A stretch of 64,000 nucleotides of DNA from positions 12,618-76,617 of the forward strand of contig CAYQLB010000003.1 of the NCBI GenBank assembly GCA_964418415.1. Direction: 5' to 3'. The translations under genes and the position numbers were made by a program. Source of the DNA: an uncultured Candidatus Peribacteria bacterium (GTDB lineage Bacteria; Patescibacteriota; Gracilibacteria; Absconditabacterales; Absconditicoccaceae). Numbering within the stretch: the stretch's first letter is position 1; every line of letters begins with the position of its first letter. The notes beneath the pieces were generated by a model, which saw only the letters and a list, made by a program, of their open reading frames with translations, did not search any database and was not told the DNA's origin. Positions 35,634 through 46,971 of the stretch are shown here, piece by piece.

Positions 35634-38276
35634 TTAGTTGATAATCGCGAAGTTGACAATGAGATACCCAGTTCCAAGTACAAGTATTCATAACAACATA
35701 TAAAATAAGCTATTTTTGATGTTTTTGATTTGAGCTGGATCATCTGGCTTGGTAAGTAATTTGACGGTTTGGATAATGATAATTACCAAAATAACCAATG
35801 ATGCTATTCCCAAAGCATAGTTGATGATTTGGTAGAGAATAGGGATATTCTTATCAGCCAATATTCCCGATCAAATCTCTCAGAGATTTGTAATACCATT
35901 TGGATTAATTACATCGCTCTGTTTTCCATATATCGCTTGGACTATTTGTTTTGCTCCGATGATAATAAACATAGAGATAACATTCCGTCCGATCAATGTT
36001 CATGCTTTCTTTTGAGCATCACTATCGCTTCCAAAAAGGAAGGTGATGACGCGACTTACGAGAATGACGAACATCGCACCCAAGACAAGGTAGATAGCAA
36101 ATTTGATAAACGGATAGATAATTCTATCGTAGAGTCAGGTTGCTATATTGGTACCTACAATTTCTCCCGTGGTGAGCATATCGTAGACGTTTTGTCCAAT
36201 AAACTTAGCACTCATGATGACAATGATACCTACGATACCAAATACTATATATCTTGTTCCTTCTTTGACTGCATTTTCATCGCTCGAGAACATGAGTTTA
36301 TAAAATCCGAGGATAGCAGAAAGGATACCTATGATGATGATAAGGGGAACAAGGACGTTCATGATTTTGTTGAAAAGAAAGTTTTGGAGTCCTTGAGTTC
36401 CTATTGCGCCTTCCGCAGCTTCGAGGTTTTGATTAACTCCTTCTATACTCCTACTGAGTGCAAGATCAAATCTCCTTGCTTCTACAATTTCAAAGGTTCC
36501 CGATCGTGTATTATTAGTACCAGTTACATCAGTAATGCCGACACTTCCCGGATTGATACTACATACCATAATTTTGGTACCGAGTGCTTGTGTGAAGATA
36601 GGTTTGATCCTGATGTTTACACCGACTTTTGTTCAAGCATTCAGAATGAATTGTTCAAGGATATTAGAACTATATACATTAATATCTCCTCCTTGAGCTT
36701 TCCATACACACGTTAAGAATCCTGCTGCGAGATTGGTTCCATTTACTGGTGTATCTCCTTTATTCTTAAACAGTATACTAAGTTCTGGGCTCGATCCTTG
36801 AGCAATCAGATATCCACTACGTACAGGAGATTCATTGATAGCGATATCTACACCAGCAACCAATCCTCCGATATCTGTACAACCAGGGTATTTGTAGGTT
36901 TGTCGATTACCATTGAGTATACCTCCACTACAGGATAAAATGGTAGAAAAATCATTACAGCTTTTTGGATATTCTACTCCAGTAGAAGAATAGGCTCATA
37001 TCTGCGTTCCTTCCGCTAATGGTGCTCATCGAGGAAGTACACATCCACCACAACTTGGATAGAGTCCAGCTTGTGAAGTAACGATTCCTCAGGTAGTGTA
37101 TCGTGAACTATTTGTACACGTGAGTTTTATTTTGACACTTTCACATCACAAACTTGCTGTAGGAGTATTGGAAGTATATCCATAGATAAATTGCATATGA
37201 GGGACATATGACCCTCGGATATTAGGACATGATCCCGAAGCAACATTTTGACATCCAGTATATAGGGCACCAATATTTCCTGATCGTGTGCCATTGGTAC
37301 ATTGGAGTAAGTGAGAAAAAGCATTACATGATTCGTTGAGTGCTGCGAAAGCATGTGGTTGTGTATATTTAGTTACATAGGTTCCGTGAGGCAAGGTACC
37401 CGAACCAGAGATGATATTTGTACATGGAGTCTGTCCTACGGGAGTACATCCACTATAGAGGGAAAGTTGATTTCCTCAACTTCGCTGTCCATTGATACAA
37501 GTAAGTGGAGTAAGTAGTCCAGTACATATCCCTGATGGGGCAGTATATGCAGGGAGCTGATATCCATGAGCAGTCATTTGGTTGGTCCATATATTCAAGC
37601 ATCAAGCATATGTTCCTGTTTGGATACATCAACTAACCAGACCAGCTTGTCCAGCGGTACCATTTCCTGATCGCGTGCTATTAGTACAGGTGAGTGTTTT
37701 TTTTAATGTGTTGCAAGTTTGTCATGGTCATGGAGTATTAGCTGTATATCCTATGATCGTTTCTCCATGATCTTTGATCGTATTAGTCCAGACATCCAGA
37801 CATTGCATCCGTGCTTGATCTGTACATTTTCGGTATTGGTAGAGTGATGGAGTAATACCTCACGTAAAAACACCATTCAAACACTGTAAGTTTTGACTGA
37901 GTTGTTGACAGGTCTGGGTATAGGTATTCGTAAGTGATTTGTACAAGATTTTATATTCCAGATGGTTTGCTCCTGTTGGTGTTGTACAATTTGCCCATGT
38001 ATGGGGAATACATGATGGGTATTTGTACGTATTGATATTTGCTATGCTTCAGCTGATGCAAGTAACAAGCGCTTTGGATCAGGTACAGCTCTGGGTATAG
38101 GTAGCTTCAGCTATTGAATAGCCAGTCTTAGATTGTCCATCAGCAAGCATAGAAGGATTCCGTCCCATAGGCAGAATGCAGTTCTGTGCATACGAAATGG
38201 CAGCTAATGAGAAAATCATGATCAAGATGGCTCCGATCCATTTACTTACCGTGATAGAAAGTGTTCTTGTATTCAT
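35634..38276 (-). CDS. fusion protein: signal peptide + 7 Cys-rich ~55-aa repeats + three tandem T4SS-pilin-like TM hairpins
   Basis: I checked codon by codon that the frame is open down to TAA 35634. The start is either ATG 38276 (MNTRTLSITVSKWIGAILIMIFSLAAISYAQ) or ATG 38324. 38276 avoids overlapping the upstream gene's stop at 38281. Repeat and hairpin motifs are given in the finding for this gene. Confidence 0.75.
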
Positions 38277-38280
38277 CGTA

Positions 38281-39309
38281 TTATTGATGTGATAAAACAG
38301 TTTTTTTAGCAAAGAACGATCCAATCGCCTTACCGAGGAGAAGAAGTTCTCTCGCGATAGGGAGATGAGGAAGATGTTTCAGCTGTATCGCCATAATAAG
38401 ATATCTCGTACTTATGAGACCAAGTCATACATAATATGTCCATACGGTGAAATCAGGTTTGAGAAGATAAGAGAGTAAGATAATTATTCCTATCCCAAGT
38501 ATATATTCTATAATGAGTAGAGTATTGTTGTGAATATCTATAATGCGACTATAGACTTCTTTTTCTTTGGCGATATCACCGGATAGCGTATATTCGTCTC
38601 CATTGAAGAAGAGACGACCGATTGTTTTTCCCAAGTACGTAATGAGTCAAGTGATGTATCATCGAAGCTCTTCAGGATTTTTAGTAAATAATATATTGAG
38701 ACGTTGTTTTATGGTTATAGTGAAAACATCAATATCGGACATAAGTGAAGCAACTCTTAAAATAATGATAATGAGAATCGTAGTACAGATCATAATATTA
38801 CCTGACATACATCCTATCATAAATATGATTCGTCGAAGGAGTGACTCTTTGATCCATCGATTTGGGTTCTCGAAACTATGTATGTTATACCAGAGATGAA
38901 TATTATATATGGGGAGATATTTGAGAAGAATATCTTTTTTGTTACCTTCGATAGTGTATTCTTCGGTAGTTCATCCCGTTCATTTCATAAGACTGATATC
39001 TGAAAGAATACTCACTACACTGATAATGAGCAATGTAATGAGGATAAATATACTTACAGTATACGTTACACTCAAGAGTTTAGTAACGAAGAGATAATTT
39101 AATATGCCTGCAGTAACTGTAATAAGACCAAAGAGTAAGGTAATATATCCAAATTTGATGTAACCACGAATAAATGCTTTATCGCTATCAGAAATGTCTC
39201 GATTGTTCTTTTGGAGTATATTTTGCACCAACGGAGAAAAAAATAACGCTGCTGCAAGCGAAAGCTGTGTTTTGGTGTTTGTATCAAATGCTTTCGTTTC
39301 TTCGACCAT
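38281..39309 (-). CDS. polytopic membrane protein in the T4SS-like module (function unknown)
   Basis: 342 aa. Track ORFs 38425 and 38980 share one frame. Hydrophobic helices include GYITLLFGLITVTAGILNYLF, VSIFILITLLIISVVSIL, GNIMICTTILIIIILRV and ILGIGIIILLSYLL. Stop TAA 38281. Confidence 0.65.
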
Positions 39310-39451
39310 CTAAATAAATGAATAGTTAATAATTAAAAGTTAATAATATTGGTAGTATCTCTTGATGAACTGTTGTAAAACATGGTAGAGAATAGTGATA
39401 CAGGTCTTTCATTTTTTATTTTTCATTATTCATTATTAATTTTTCGTTAGG

Positions 39452-41500
39452 TTATTGTACATCCGTTGTAATGAATGCTCTTTCTTCCGGAGATGCTAAT
39501 ATTTTTACTCCGACATGTTGACTTCCTGCAAAGATAAGACCTTCTCCAATTCCTGATGCAACGAGTCTTCTCTGTTCTGCTTCCGACAATCAAAGAAGTT
39601 CATTCAATGCTTTGATGGATGTTGTGGATTGTTTCAAAAGTATCTGTAATGCACAGTTAGAGATAATAGGTTTCCCGTATTTGCTTCTTACGAAATCTTC
39701 GATATCTTGAGATATTACTGTAATACCAAGTCCGTATTTTCTCGCTCTTTTCGTAAGTCCAAAAAGGAATTCTGCAGAGGTGTCGTTTTGGAACATGATC
39801 CATGCTTCATCGCAAGCGAGCATTCTTTTTTTCTTGTGTGATCTGACTTTAGTCCAGATCCGATTCAGGACGTTGAACATCGCAGGAGTCTTTAACGCAT
39901 CTTCCAAATCTCTAATACTAATGACGGTAAGCTTGTTGTTGATGTCGATATTTGTGTAGTTATTAAATACTTTTCCGAAAGTTCCATTTACATATTTACT
40001 CAATCTCAATGCTAATCTATCGCCACCATCCATACCTTCAAGTACATTCATGAGATCGCCCATGATCGGTGGTTGTTTGCCTTCATAAGTGTCATTATCC
40101 AAAGAGAATCATTTGAGTGAATAGGTACTCTGCAATGCTTTATCGAGTAATGCTTCTTCTTCTGGTGTACATCATCAGATAAGAATTTGAATCATTCATA
40201 TGAGACTCATGATATGAGATCTGAGAAGATCTCCCTTACCATATTCTACATCTTCGATTTTTGGTGGAATATCAAACGGATTGAGATATTGCTGTGAATT
40301 AGTTGCGATGTTTACATAGGTACCGCCTACTTTTTCGCAAAGTGCTTTATATTCATTTTCTGGATCGATAATGATGACGTCGATACCATTGATAAGATAT
40401 CTTAAAGTTTCTAATTTTACCGTAAATGATTTTCCAGCTCCGGAGGTAGCCAAAATAACACTATTCATGTTCGGTAACTTTTGATTGTATCTATCGAAGA
40501 TAACTAATCATCCGGTATGGAGATTTACCCCATAGAGTATTCCTGTTTCTTCGACCATATCGTTGGAGATAAAAGGGAATCCACCAGACAGTGATGAGGT
40601 TACCGAGCTTCTACTAATTCATAATTCATCTGAACAGATAGGCAATCCAGAAACGAATCATTCATCCATTCTTTGGATAGCGTTCTTGATTCTGATTCCG
40701 TATCCTGATATTTTTTGTTCCATTTTTTTTCAAGTTTCTTTTAGCTTATCTACATCATCATCATAGATATTGATATAGAAAGAATTTTCGAAATATCTCT
40801 CTTCTCTGGTAGTGAGTTTTTCTCTAATCATCTCTACGTCTCTGTACTGTTGTTCTATCTCAGTATCGAGCGTAATTCCTTTTTGCATAGCATCCTTCAC
40901 TTCCGCTTTCAATTGTGTTGCTCTGTTTTTGAGCATAGATTGAATCGCTGCATCATCCTCAGGATAGATAAACCAACTCATATCTCGCTTTGCGTGAAAT
41001 CCAAAAATATCTCTTGTCCGTAATGCATCGATATAGGATGGATAACTTTGAGCGTAATATGTTTTCCCCATGAGTCAGGAAACGTTATAATGCGTAGGAG
41101 TGAATTCTCGATAGGAAGGTGCAATATGTGTTTTGTAGTCACTCACGACAGTAGTATATTCTTTCTCTACATCAGCGATAAATTGTCTCAATTTGCTAGT
41201 AAGAAGCTTATCGTTGTATTCTTCATCAGGAAGTTCTAAGATATATTTTATCTGATCCCTCAATTCTTTGTCTTTGATTTCTCCATTTTCTGGCAAAACA
41301 TCTTTCGCTTTGTTTCCCAAGAGCGTTCATGATGTAGGAGTTCATTTTTTTTCAAAGAGACTAGGAAAGATTCCTGCGAGTAATTTATCAAAAAATCACA
41401 TCTTTTGATGTTTTGGTGTTTGAAATTCAGGAAATCCACCATCAGCAACATATCCGCTGTAGTTCGTATCATAGACGACATTCGAGATTATTTCGTTCAT
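39452..41500 (-). CDS. virB4: VirB4/TrbE-family type IV secretion ATPase
   Basis: 682 aa. Walker A NSVILATSGAGKSFTVK, IIIDPENEY, Walker B-like RMLACDEAWIMF, ITVISQDIEDF. Four track ORFs share one frame and are joined by TGA. TAA 39452. Confidence 0.88.
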
Positions 41501-41631
41501 TGTGCTAACAAAGCGATACTAAAAGGCGTTCTTTTCACCTTCTAAGTATACTCGGCAAACCACCAGAAGCAAAAAAAGAACCTTTTCTTCTACTATTTAA
41601 GGTTGACAAATAAAAAAATATCTATTAGTTG

Positions 41632-41660
41632 TTGACTTATATGTTTAATTTTATATAAGA
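41632..41660 (+). promoter_or_regulatory. sigma70-like promoter (TTGACT .. TATAAG)
   Basis: ttgacttatatgtttaattttatataaga lies ~20 nt upstream of ATG 41679. Confidence 0.45.
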
Positions 41661-41678
41661 ATAAAAAAAATACACCCC

Positions 41679-42188
41679 ATGAAAACAAAAGAAGAAATAC
41701 ATGTGTACCTACAAAAATTCGAAGCCAACAGGAAACGATTGATGCGGGCATTCCTTACTGTGATAACTATCGCGATCGGTTGTGGAGTACTCTTATGCTT
41801 TGCTCCGAATTGGATAGTGATATCCTTGTGTGTATGTTATGCCACTTTCAGTTTAGGTTTCGGGATATTTCCTGCTATAGAACATCTGAATATGGAGTGG
41901 GAAGCAACGAAAAATAGAAATACTCGTTTGAATAAACGGCATGCGTTGGAGTATTTCGAAAAGCAGTATCGCAATAAGGAATACGATTTTTCCTCGTTTC
42001 AGTCCATACCTTCGGAACTGCAGGATATCTCACACCTTCTGATCAACAATCCTAAAAAATCATTCCAGGAGATGGTTGAGATAATCACCACATCCATGGA
42101 AGAGGATGAAATATATGCTACCATCTGTACAGAGGCAAAAGAGCGGACCTTATGGCAATATTTCAGAAGTGGTAAGTGGATCAGATAA
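41679..42188 (+). CDS. small membrane protein, TGA-free, higher G+C
   Basis: 169 aa intact in both codes, with a TAA stop. It has a two-helix hydrophobic core, its own promoter and a hairpin-rich 3' region. Confidence 0.6.
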   Translation: MKTKEEIHVYLQKFEANRKRLMRAFLTVITIAIGCGVLLCFAPNWIVISLCVCYATFSLGFGIFPAIEHLNMEWEATKNRNTRLNKRHALEYFEKQYRNKEYDFSSFQSIPSELQDISHLLINNPKKSFQEMVEIITTSMEEDEIYATICTEAKERTLWQYFRSGKWIR

Positions 42189-42245
42189 CATCCCTCTTAT
42201 CAATCTTCGATCCTTCGGTATTCCGGAGGATTTTTTTAAACTATA

Positions 42246-42275
42246 TTGACTTTATAAAGTAAATATATATAAAAG
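42246..42275 (+). promoter_or_regulatory. conserved promoter cassette TTGACTTTATAAAGTAAATATATATAAAAG
   Basis: Nearly identical to 43904-43933 and related to 49693-49722. It lies ~25 nt upstream of ATG 42298. Confidence 0.5.
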
Positions 42276-42297
42276 TAAAAATTAAAAAAAAAGAAAA

Positions 42298-42648
42298 ATG
42301 AAAAAATTTGTAGTTTTATGTATTGTAGTAATGATGATTGCTATTGTTGGATGTGTAAACAATACATCCAAGTCAGCTGTTCAAAATGAGCAAACCGTAA
42401 AGACGGCCGATGGTATAAAAAATTACGGTAATGGTGTGTATTATTTCGACTATACCAAAAGTAATTTTGGAGAACAATTATCTTTATTTATCGGACAACA
42501 TCCAGAATTACGTATGGTGTCTTTTGCTCCTTATAACGCTGGGTCAATTGCACTTCCAAGCGGTGGAACAGATGGTTACTTTGTAAAATTTGAAAAAACA
42601 ACCTCTTGTCCTTGTGACACTATCAAAAAATGAAAAAACAATATCTAA
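42298..42648 (+). CDS. lipoprotein (lipobox IVGC)
   Basis: MKKFVVLCIVVMMIAIVGC. No internal TGA. The standard-code stop TGA 42631 becomes Gly, which adds 5 codons up to TAA 42646. Confidence 0.6.
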
Positions 42649-42732
42649 TATTTCCCTGGGTTTTCCCTGGGTTTTTTTAATTGAGACCCAATAAAAATCC
42701 GAGATGAAATAAGGTTTTTTATAAGGTCGAAA

Positions 42733-43848
42733 TTATACAATACTTTGAGCCATCCGATCGATTTTGAATCCTTTTTTTGCAAGGTTCAATTTGGTGAAAA
42801 CGATATCCATAAATTGTCTGACATTCGGTCATTTCAAAATAATATTGTATCTATATTTTCCAAACATTTTATAAATCAACGGAGGAGTGGAGTAAATTTC
42901 TATATCTTTCAACTGATATTTTTCTTTCAAATAGAGAAGATCTTTATGTAAGGTATCGACCTTCGTATACAAACTTTCTTCAATCTCATTCTTATATAAA
43001 ATTACACATAATTCCCCAAAGGGCGGATATCCATTCGTTTTTCTGAAGATATTATCTTCTTCGTAAAATTTTTCTTTACTCATTCTGCACGCATTACGAA
43101 TACTATAGTGATCGGGGTTAAACGATTGTACAATAAAACTTCCCGTTTGGTGTTTTATAAATGTTTCATACAGAAAATAGAAATTTCTTTCTGCTGATGT
43201 GTAATCGGGAATATTTAATCACAAATCTGCATTCAAAAAAATAACAAGGTCGAAATCATATCATTGTATAGGTGTGGCGAGTAATGATGTTCAAATAATT
43301 ATAGGGTTGCTCTGTAAAGTCTTAAAGTCCAAGGTCTGTAAGGTCGAATCTTCTGACTTTATGGGCTTTTGACATGATAGACTTTCGACTAATCTTTTGA
43401 TTTTATTAGGAGAATTTACAGTTTCAGACTCGATAATCAGCGAGTCTTTTCCGTATTCATTTTTCAAAAATTCAGCGACCTTTTGTGTTCAAAGTCAAAA
43501 TTCTTTGATTTTTTTTCCATGACAAGCAGGGCAGTTCATTGGTACTGAATATTGCGTTTTACAAATATGACAGAGTCCGATAGTCTCTCAGGATGGTATT
43601 TTATGATAACTAATACTGACATCGCAGTTCTTGCATTTTGGGATATGTCCGCAGTCGTGGCAGATGATTCATCAGGAGTAGCCTTTCTTGTTGACAAGGA
43701 TTCAGATTTTTTTTCCTTGCTTGAGATATTTTTCTATTCATTGTAAGGCTAATTGGGAAAAGTGCGGAGTGAGCTCCTTGGTCATATTTACCAGGAAGAT
43801 GGACTTCTTGGTACCTTGTATGTCGTGATCAAAACGTTCGTAATTCAT
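42733..43848 (-). CDS. priA: PriA-like protein, C-terminal half only (Zn-finger insert, helicase C-lobe, CTD); no Walker A/DEAH lobe
   Basis: ICHDCGHIPKCKNCDVSISYH..CHICKTQYSVPMNCPACHG (Cys-rich region), GTQKVAEFL, IIIGTSLLATPIQGYDFDLVIFLNADLGLNIPDY, GYPPF, MFGKYRYNIILKG. Upstream there is an in-frame TAA at 43912-43914 and no room for the N-terminal ~400 aa. Confidence 0.7.
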
Positions 43849-43903
43849 ACATAATATGGTACGTATTGGAAAAGCGGAAAAAAGTCTAAGTCATAAGGTG
43901 AGA

Positions 43904-43933
43904 TTGACTTTTTATAGTAAATATATATAAGAA
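43904..43933 (+). promoter_or_regulatory. conserved promoter cassette TTGACTTTTTATAGTAAATATATATAAGA
   Basis: Lies ~25 nt upstream of ATG 43957 and is near-identical to the cassette at 42246. Confidence 0.5.
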
Positions 43934-43956
43934 TGGTATTTATTTTTCATATTTTC

Positions 43957-45444
43957 ATGGGAGAATCATTCAATAAAACATTTGAAAGACATATGAAAAA
44001 ATTAGAAAAAAAAGCTCAAGCATATTGTCTCGAATGACCATACGCTCATTTTATCGTAACGCCGGAATGTATCAAAACATACAAGAAAGAATTGATGAAT
44101 ATTTTTCAGATGCCAAAGCATACTATCCAAGGACTACAATCCGAAAACTTTTATCATATCATAGCTGATACCGATGACTATCCAATCATAGATAGACCGT
44201 ATTCCAACATTGTGAATCAAATTATCAAAGGAGAAGATAAAGATAATCCCTATTCGGTACTTACAGAAGTTGCTCCATTCTATAAAAAACTGGCGGGATT
44301 GCTCCAATATGGTGTAGATATTCAACCGATAGATAAGCATACCATCTATGTTCATCATCATAATCGTTTAGTACATAGTTTCGATACAGCGTGCAATATC
44401 GAACTCATTATGAGAAATAATGGATTCTCTGAAGAAGATATTAAAAAAGCAGTAATTGCTTGATGTTTGCATGATGTTGCTACACCATCTTTCGGTGATT
44501 TGACGATGAAAGCTTTTCCTCAATTAAAAGAAGAACAATGATTTTCCGTATATATGGCTCATTATCCAGAAATATCTGAGTATATAGAAAAACATTTTAC
44601 TGTTTCATTAGAAGATCTACAATCTTGGATCAAAAATGAAGGCATAGTAGGCAAAATTATTGATATAGCGGATAGATTAGCATACACCGCAAGGGATGTA
44701 TCTGCTATCGGCAATGGTATGTTTCTTGGAGATGATGATTCAAAATTGATGTATGGGAAAGCTGCACAAAAAATCATCAAAAAAGATCCTACGGTATTCG
44801 ATATTATTATGGAGATTACTGTCAAAGATGGTCAGATAGTATTCGAAAATCCAGAAAGATTGGAAAATGTCATGACCGTAAGAGCTAATATGCATAATTT
44901 TATTTATCTCAATCCATATTTACGAACGAGAGAGGAATATTTCGGTTTGATGCTTCAATATCTCGTAGAAGAAGAATATTTGACCTTGGAACAATTACAA
45001 AAATGAGCGACCGATCAATGATTACCTATCAACGAATTCGTTATCGAAGCATATTGTAATAAAGGTATTCTCGATTACAATCCTGTGACGACATATGAAT
45101 TTTTTGATACGCATATGTATGATACTAAAGAAGAGGCGATATCGGATATAGAGACACTTAAACAACAATTTGGTCCTCATGTTCCTGTACATTATCTCAA
45201 GACACCACCATTCAAACCGGGAACACATTATCTCACGAGACATGAAGGACAGGTGAAGCCGTTAGCAGAGGTTATGGATTCCAAAGCATTACAAGAACTA
45301 CAAAAACTTTCTAAAGCGACTGATAAATATCTGGTACTCTATCCCAAAAAAGAGTTTCACGAAAGATATAAGAAATATCCAAAATTATATGCATTCTTGT
45401 GTAGAAAAGCAGATGAAGCGTATCAGGATTTATTAAAAATATAA
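43957..45444 (+). CDS. HD-domain phosphohydrolase, dNTP triphosphohydrolase (Dgt/SAMHD1)-like
   Basis: HHHNRLVHSFDTA.., AGCLHDVATPSFGD (HD motif; the G before C is TGA), IADRLAYTARDVS. Track ORFs 44092, 44554 and 45085 share one frame. Confidence 0.7.
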
Positions 45445-45806
45445 TGATGGAACAGCAGAGTATTAGAGAAATATCTATCAAAAAATTTAATGGCAGAATC
45501 CCTATTACGAGTGATCTTTTTGAGGTATTAAAAAACGAAGATGTGGTGTTTCTATATCACAGAAAAAACGAAGTGCATATTATGAATAAAATAAGATATG
45601 TCGAACTTTTGCAAGATACTAAGAAAAAAAGCTGACATCCAGATGGATGGTTCGATTGGACAACAGAAGGTAGAGATTATATGCGCAAATTATGTGCTTG
45701 CGCTTGTTCGATAGCGGTCAACAAAAGGTATATGGCTCTGGAATGAGGCGATAGATTGAAAAAAAAATTACTCTGACAAGAACTGAAGATAAAGATATTT
45801 TCCTAA
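45444..45806 (+). CDS. small hypothetical protein, start overlaps the upstream stop (TAATG)
   Basis: 63 aa up to TGA 45633. Under TGA=Gly it runs through two hairpins to TAA 45804 and abuts the dus stop. Confidence 0.4.
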
Positions 45807-46817
45807 TTACGTAAAAAACTCCTGAATCGCTTTGACGAGCGGTGTGTATTCTATGATACTGCTCAATTTCTGCTTCAGATCCTTGGATCATGGGATTCAT
45901 TTGAGATATTGAAATAAGTGTTTTCTGAATTCTACGACGACCATCTGCGGTACATTTTTTTTTGACATTCTCGGCGTATTCGGCATTTCCAATATACCAT
46001 TAAATATTTTTTTTTGTTTTTGAAAAAACTGTTCATAAGCGACAGTATAGTTTAGATGTTTCAGTATCGTTTCTTTGATTTCTTCTCTATTTGGTATATG
46101 TGGGGTAAAGATTCGTGGGTTTCCGATAGCAGCTTGTCCGATCATGATTCCGTCAAGATTTCACTTTACTGTTTCGATATCTTCGTACTGCTTAATTCCC
46201 CCATTTCCGATAATGATACATTTTTTGTTCGCTTGTTTTTTTAATTCGTAAATGAATTTCCAATCCACATCGCCTGAATAGATTTGTTTGGTTGATCTGC
46301 CGTGCACGGAGATCATATCCACATAATTGCTCGCTTCGATAAGGAATTTCATTTGTTCGTTTCTGTCTTTTTCATGAAGTCCTATTCTTGTCTTGATGCT
46401 AAATGGCATTTTCACTGCTTTGTGTAATACTTTCAATATTTCCAAAGATTTTTTTCTGTCCTTCATCAACGCGCTTCCTCATCAGGTGTTCATCACATTC
46501 CTCGCCGGACAACCCATATTCAATTCGATATACGAAAAGACTTTCTTATACTTTTTTTCTATATCCTTGAAGCATTTGGTCAGCATCTTTTCATCCGATC
46601 AGAAAATCTGCATCGTTACATTCTTTTGATCTTTGTCCGTCAAAAGGTGTTTCGCGACGCCGATGGGATTGATGACGTAACCGTCTGCATTCATAAATTC
46701 GGTCCGAAGTCATAATTCATATATGTTCTTTTCTCAATATTTGTCAAAAACTTCTTTCACGATCTGGCGGAAAGCACAATCCGTATATCCATCCATAGGA
46801 GCGAGACCCAATAACAT
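45807..46817 (-). CDS. dus: tRNA-dihydrouridine synthase
   Basis: LAPMDGYTDCAFRQI, IELNMGCPA, SIKTRIG, ISVHGRS, IIGNGGI, DGIMIGQAAIGNP. Confidence 0.9.
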
Positions 46818-46838
46818 AATTAAGAATTAAGAATTAAG

Positions 46839-46869
46839 TTCCGGCTGCAAGACTTAACGCCGGAATGAC
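46839..46869 (+). repeat. 31-bp REP-like hairpin element (copy 2 of 3)
   Basis: ttccggctgcaagacttaacgccggaatgac. The same element occurs at 1996-2026 and 63643-63673. Confidence 0.85.
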
Positions 46870-46971
46870 GAAAATTAGAATGTAGGATTAAGAATTAATG
46901 TAATGAAAGTATAGAAAATTTCCAGCCGGAAAAAACATTGTTTTTGTGTTTATAAAGTGTATAGGTCTGAT

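Noticed and set aside
35829-36716. 295-aa plus-strand ORF, the longest standard-code ORF in this region
   Set aside because: It is antisense to the pilin-fusion gene, and its Cys/Asp/Ser/Tyr-rich sequence has no recognisable features. The minus strand gives coherent TM hairpins and repeats under TGA=Gly. It is a shadow ORF.
41679-42188. Claim that this islet gene is decoded with CGA/CGG = Arg (its four CGR codons sit in Arg-like contexts such as NRK[CGA]LM[CGG]AF before a TM helix)
   Set aside because: Trp is also plausible at membrane-interface positions, and there is no conserved family to anchor the columns. I cannot decide this from sequence alone, so I do not assert it.
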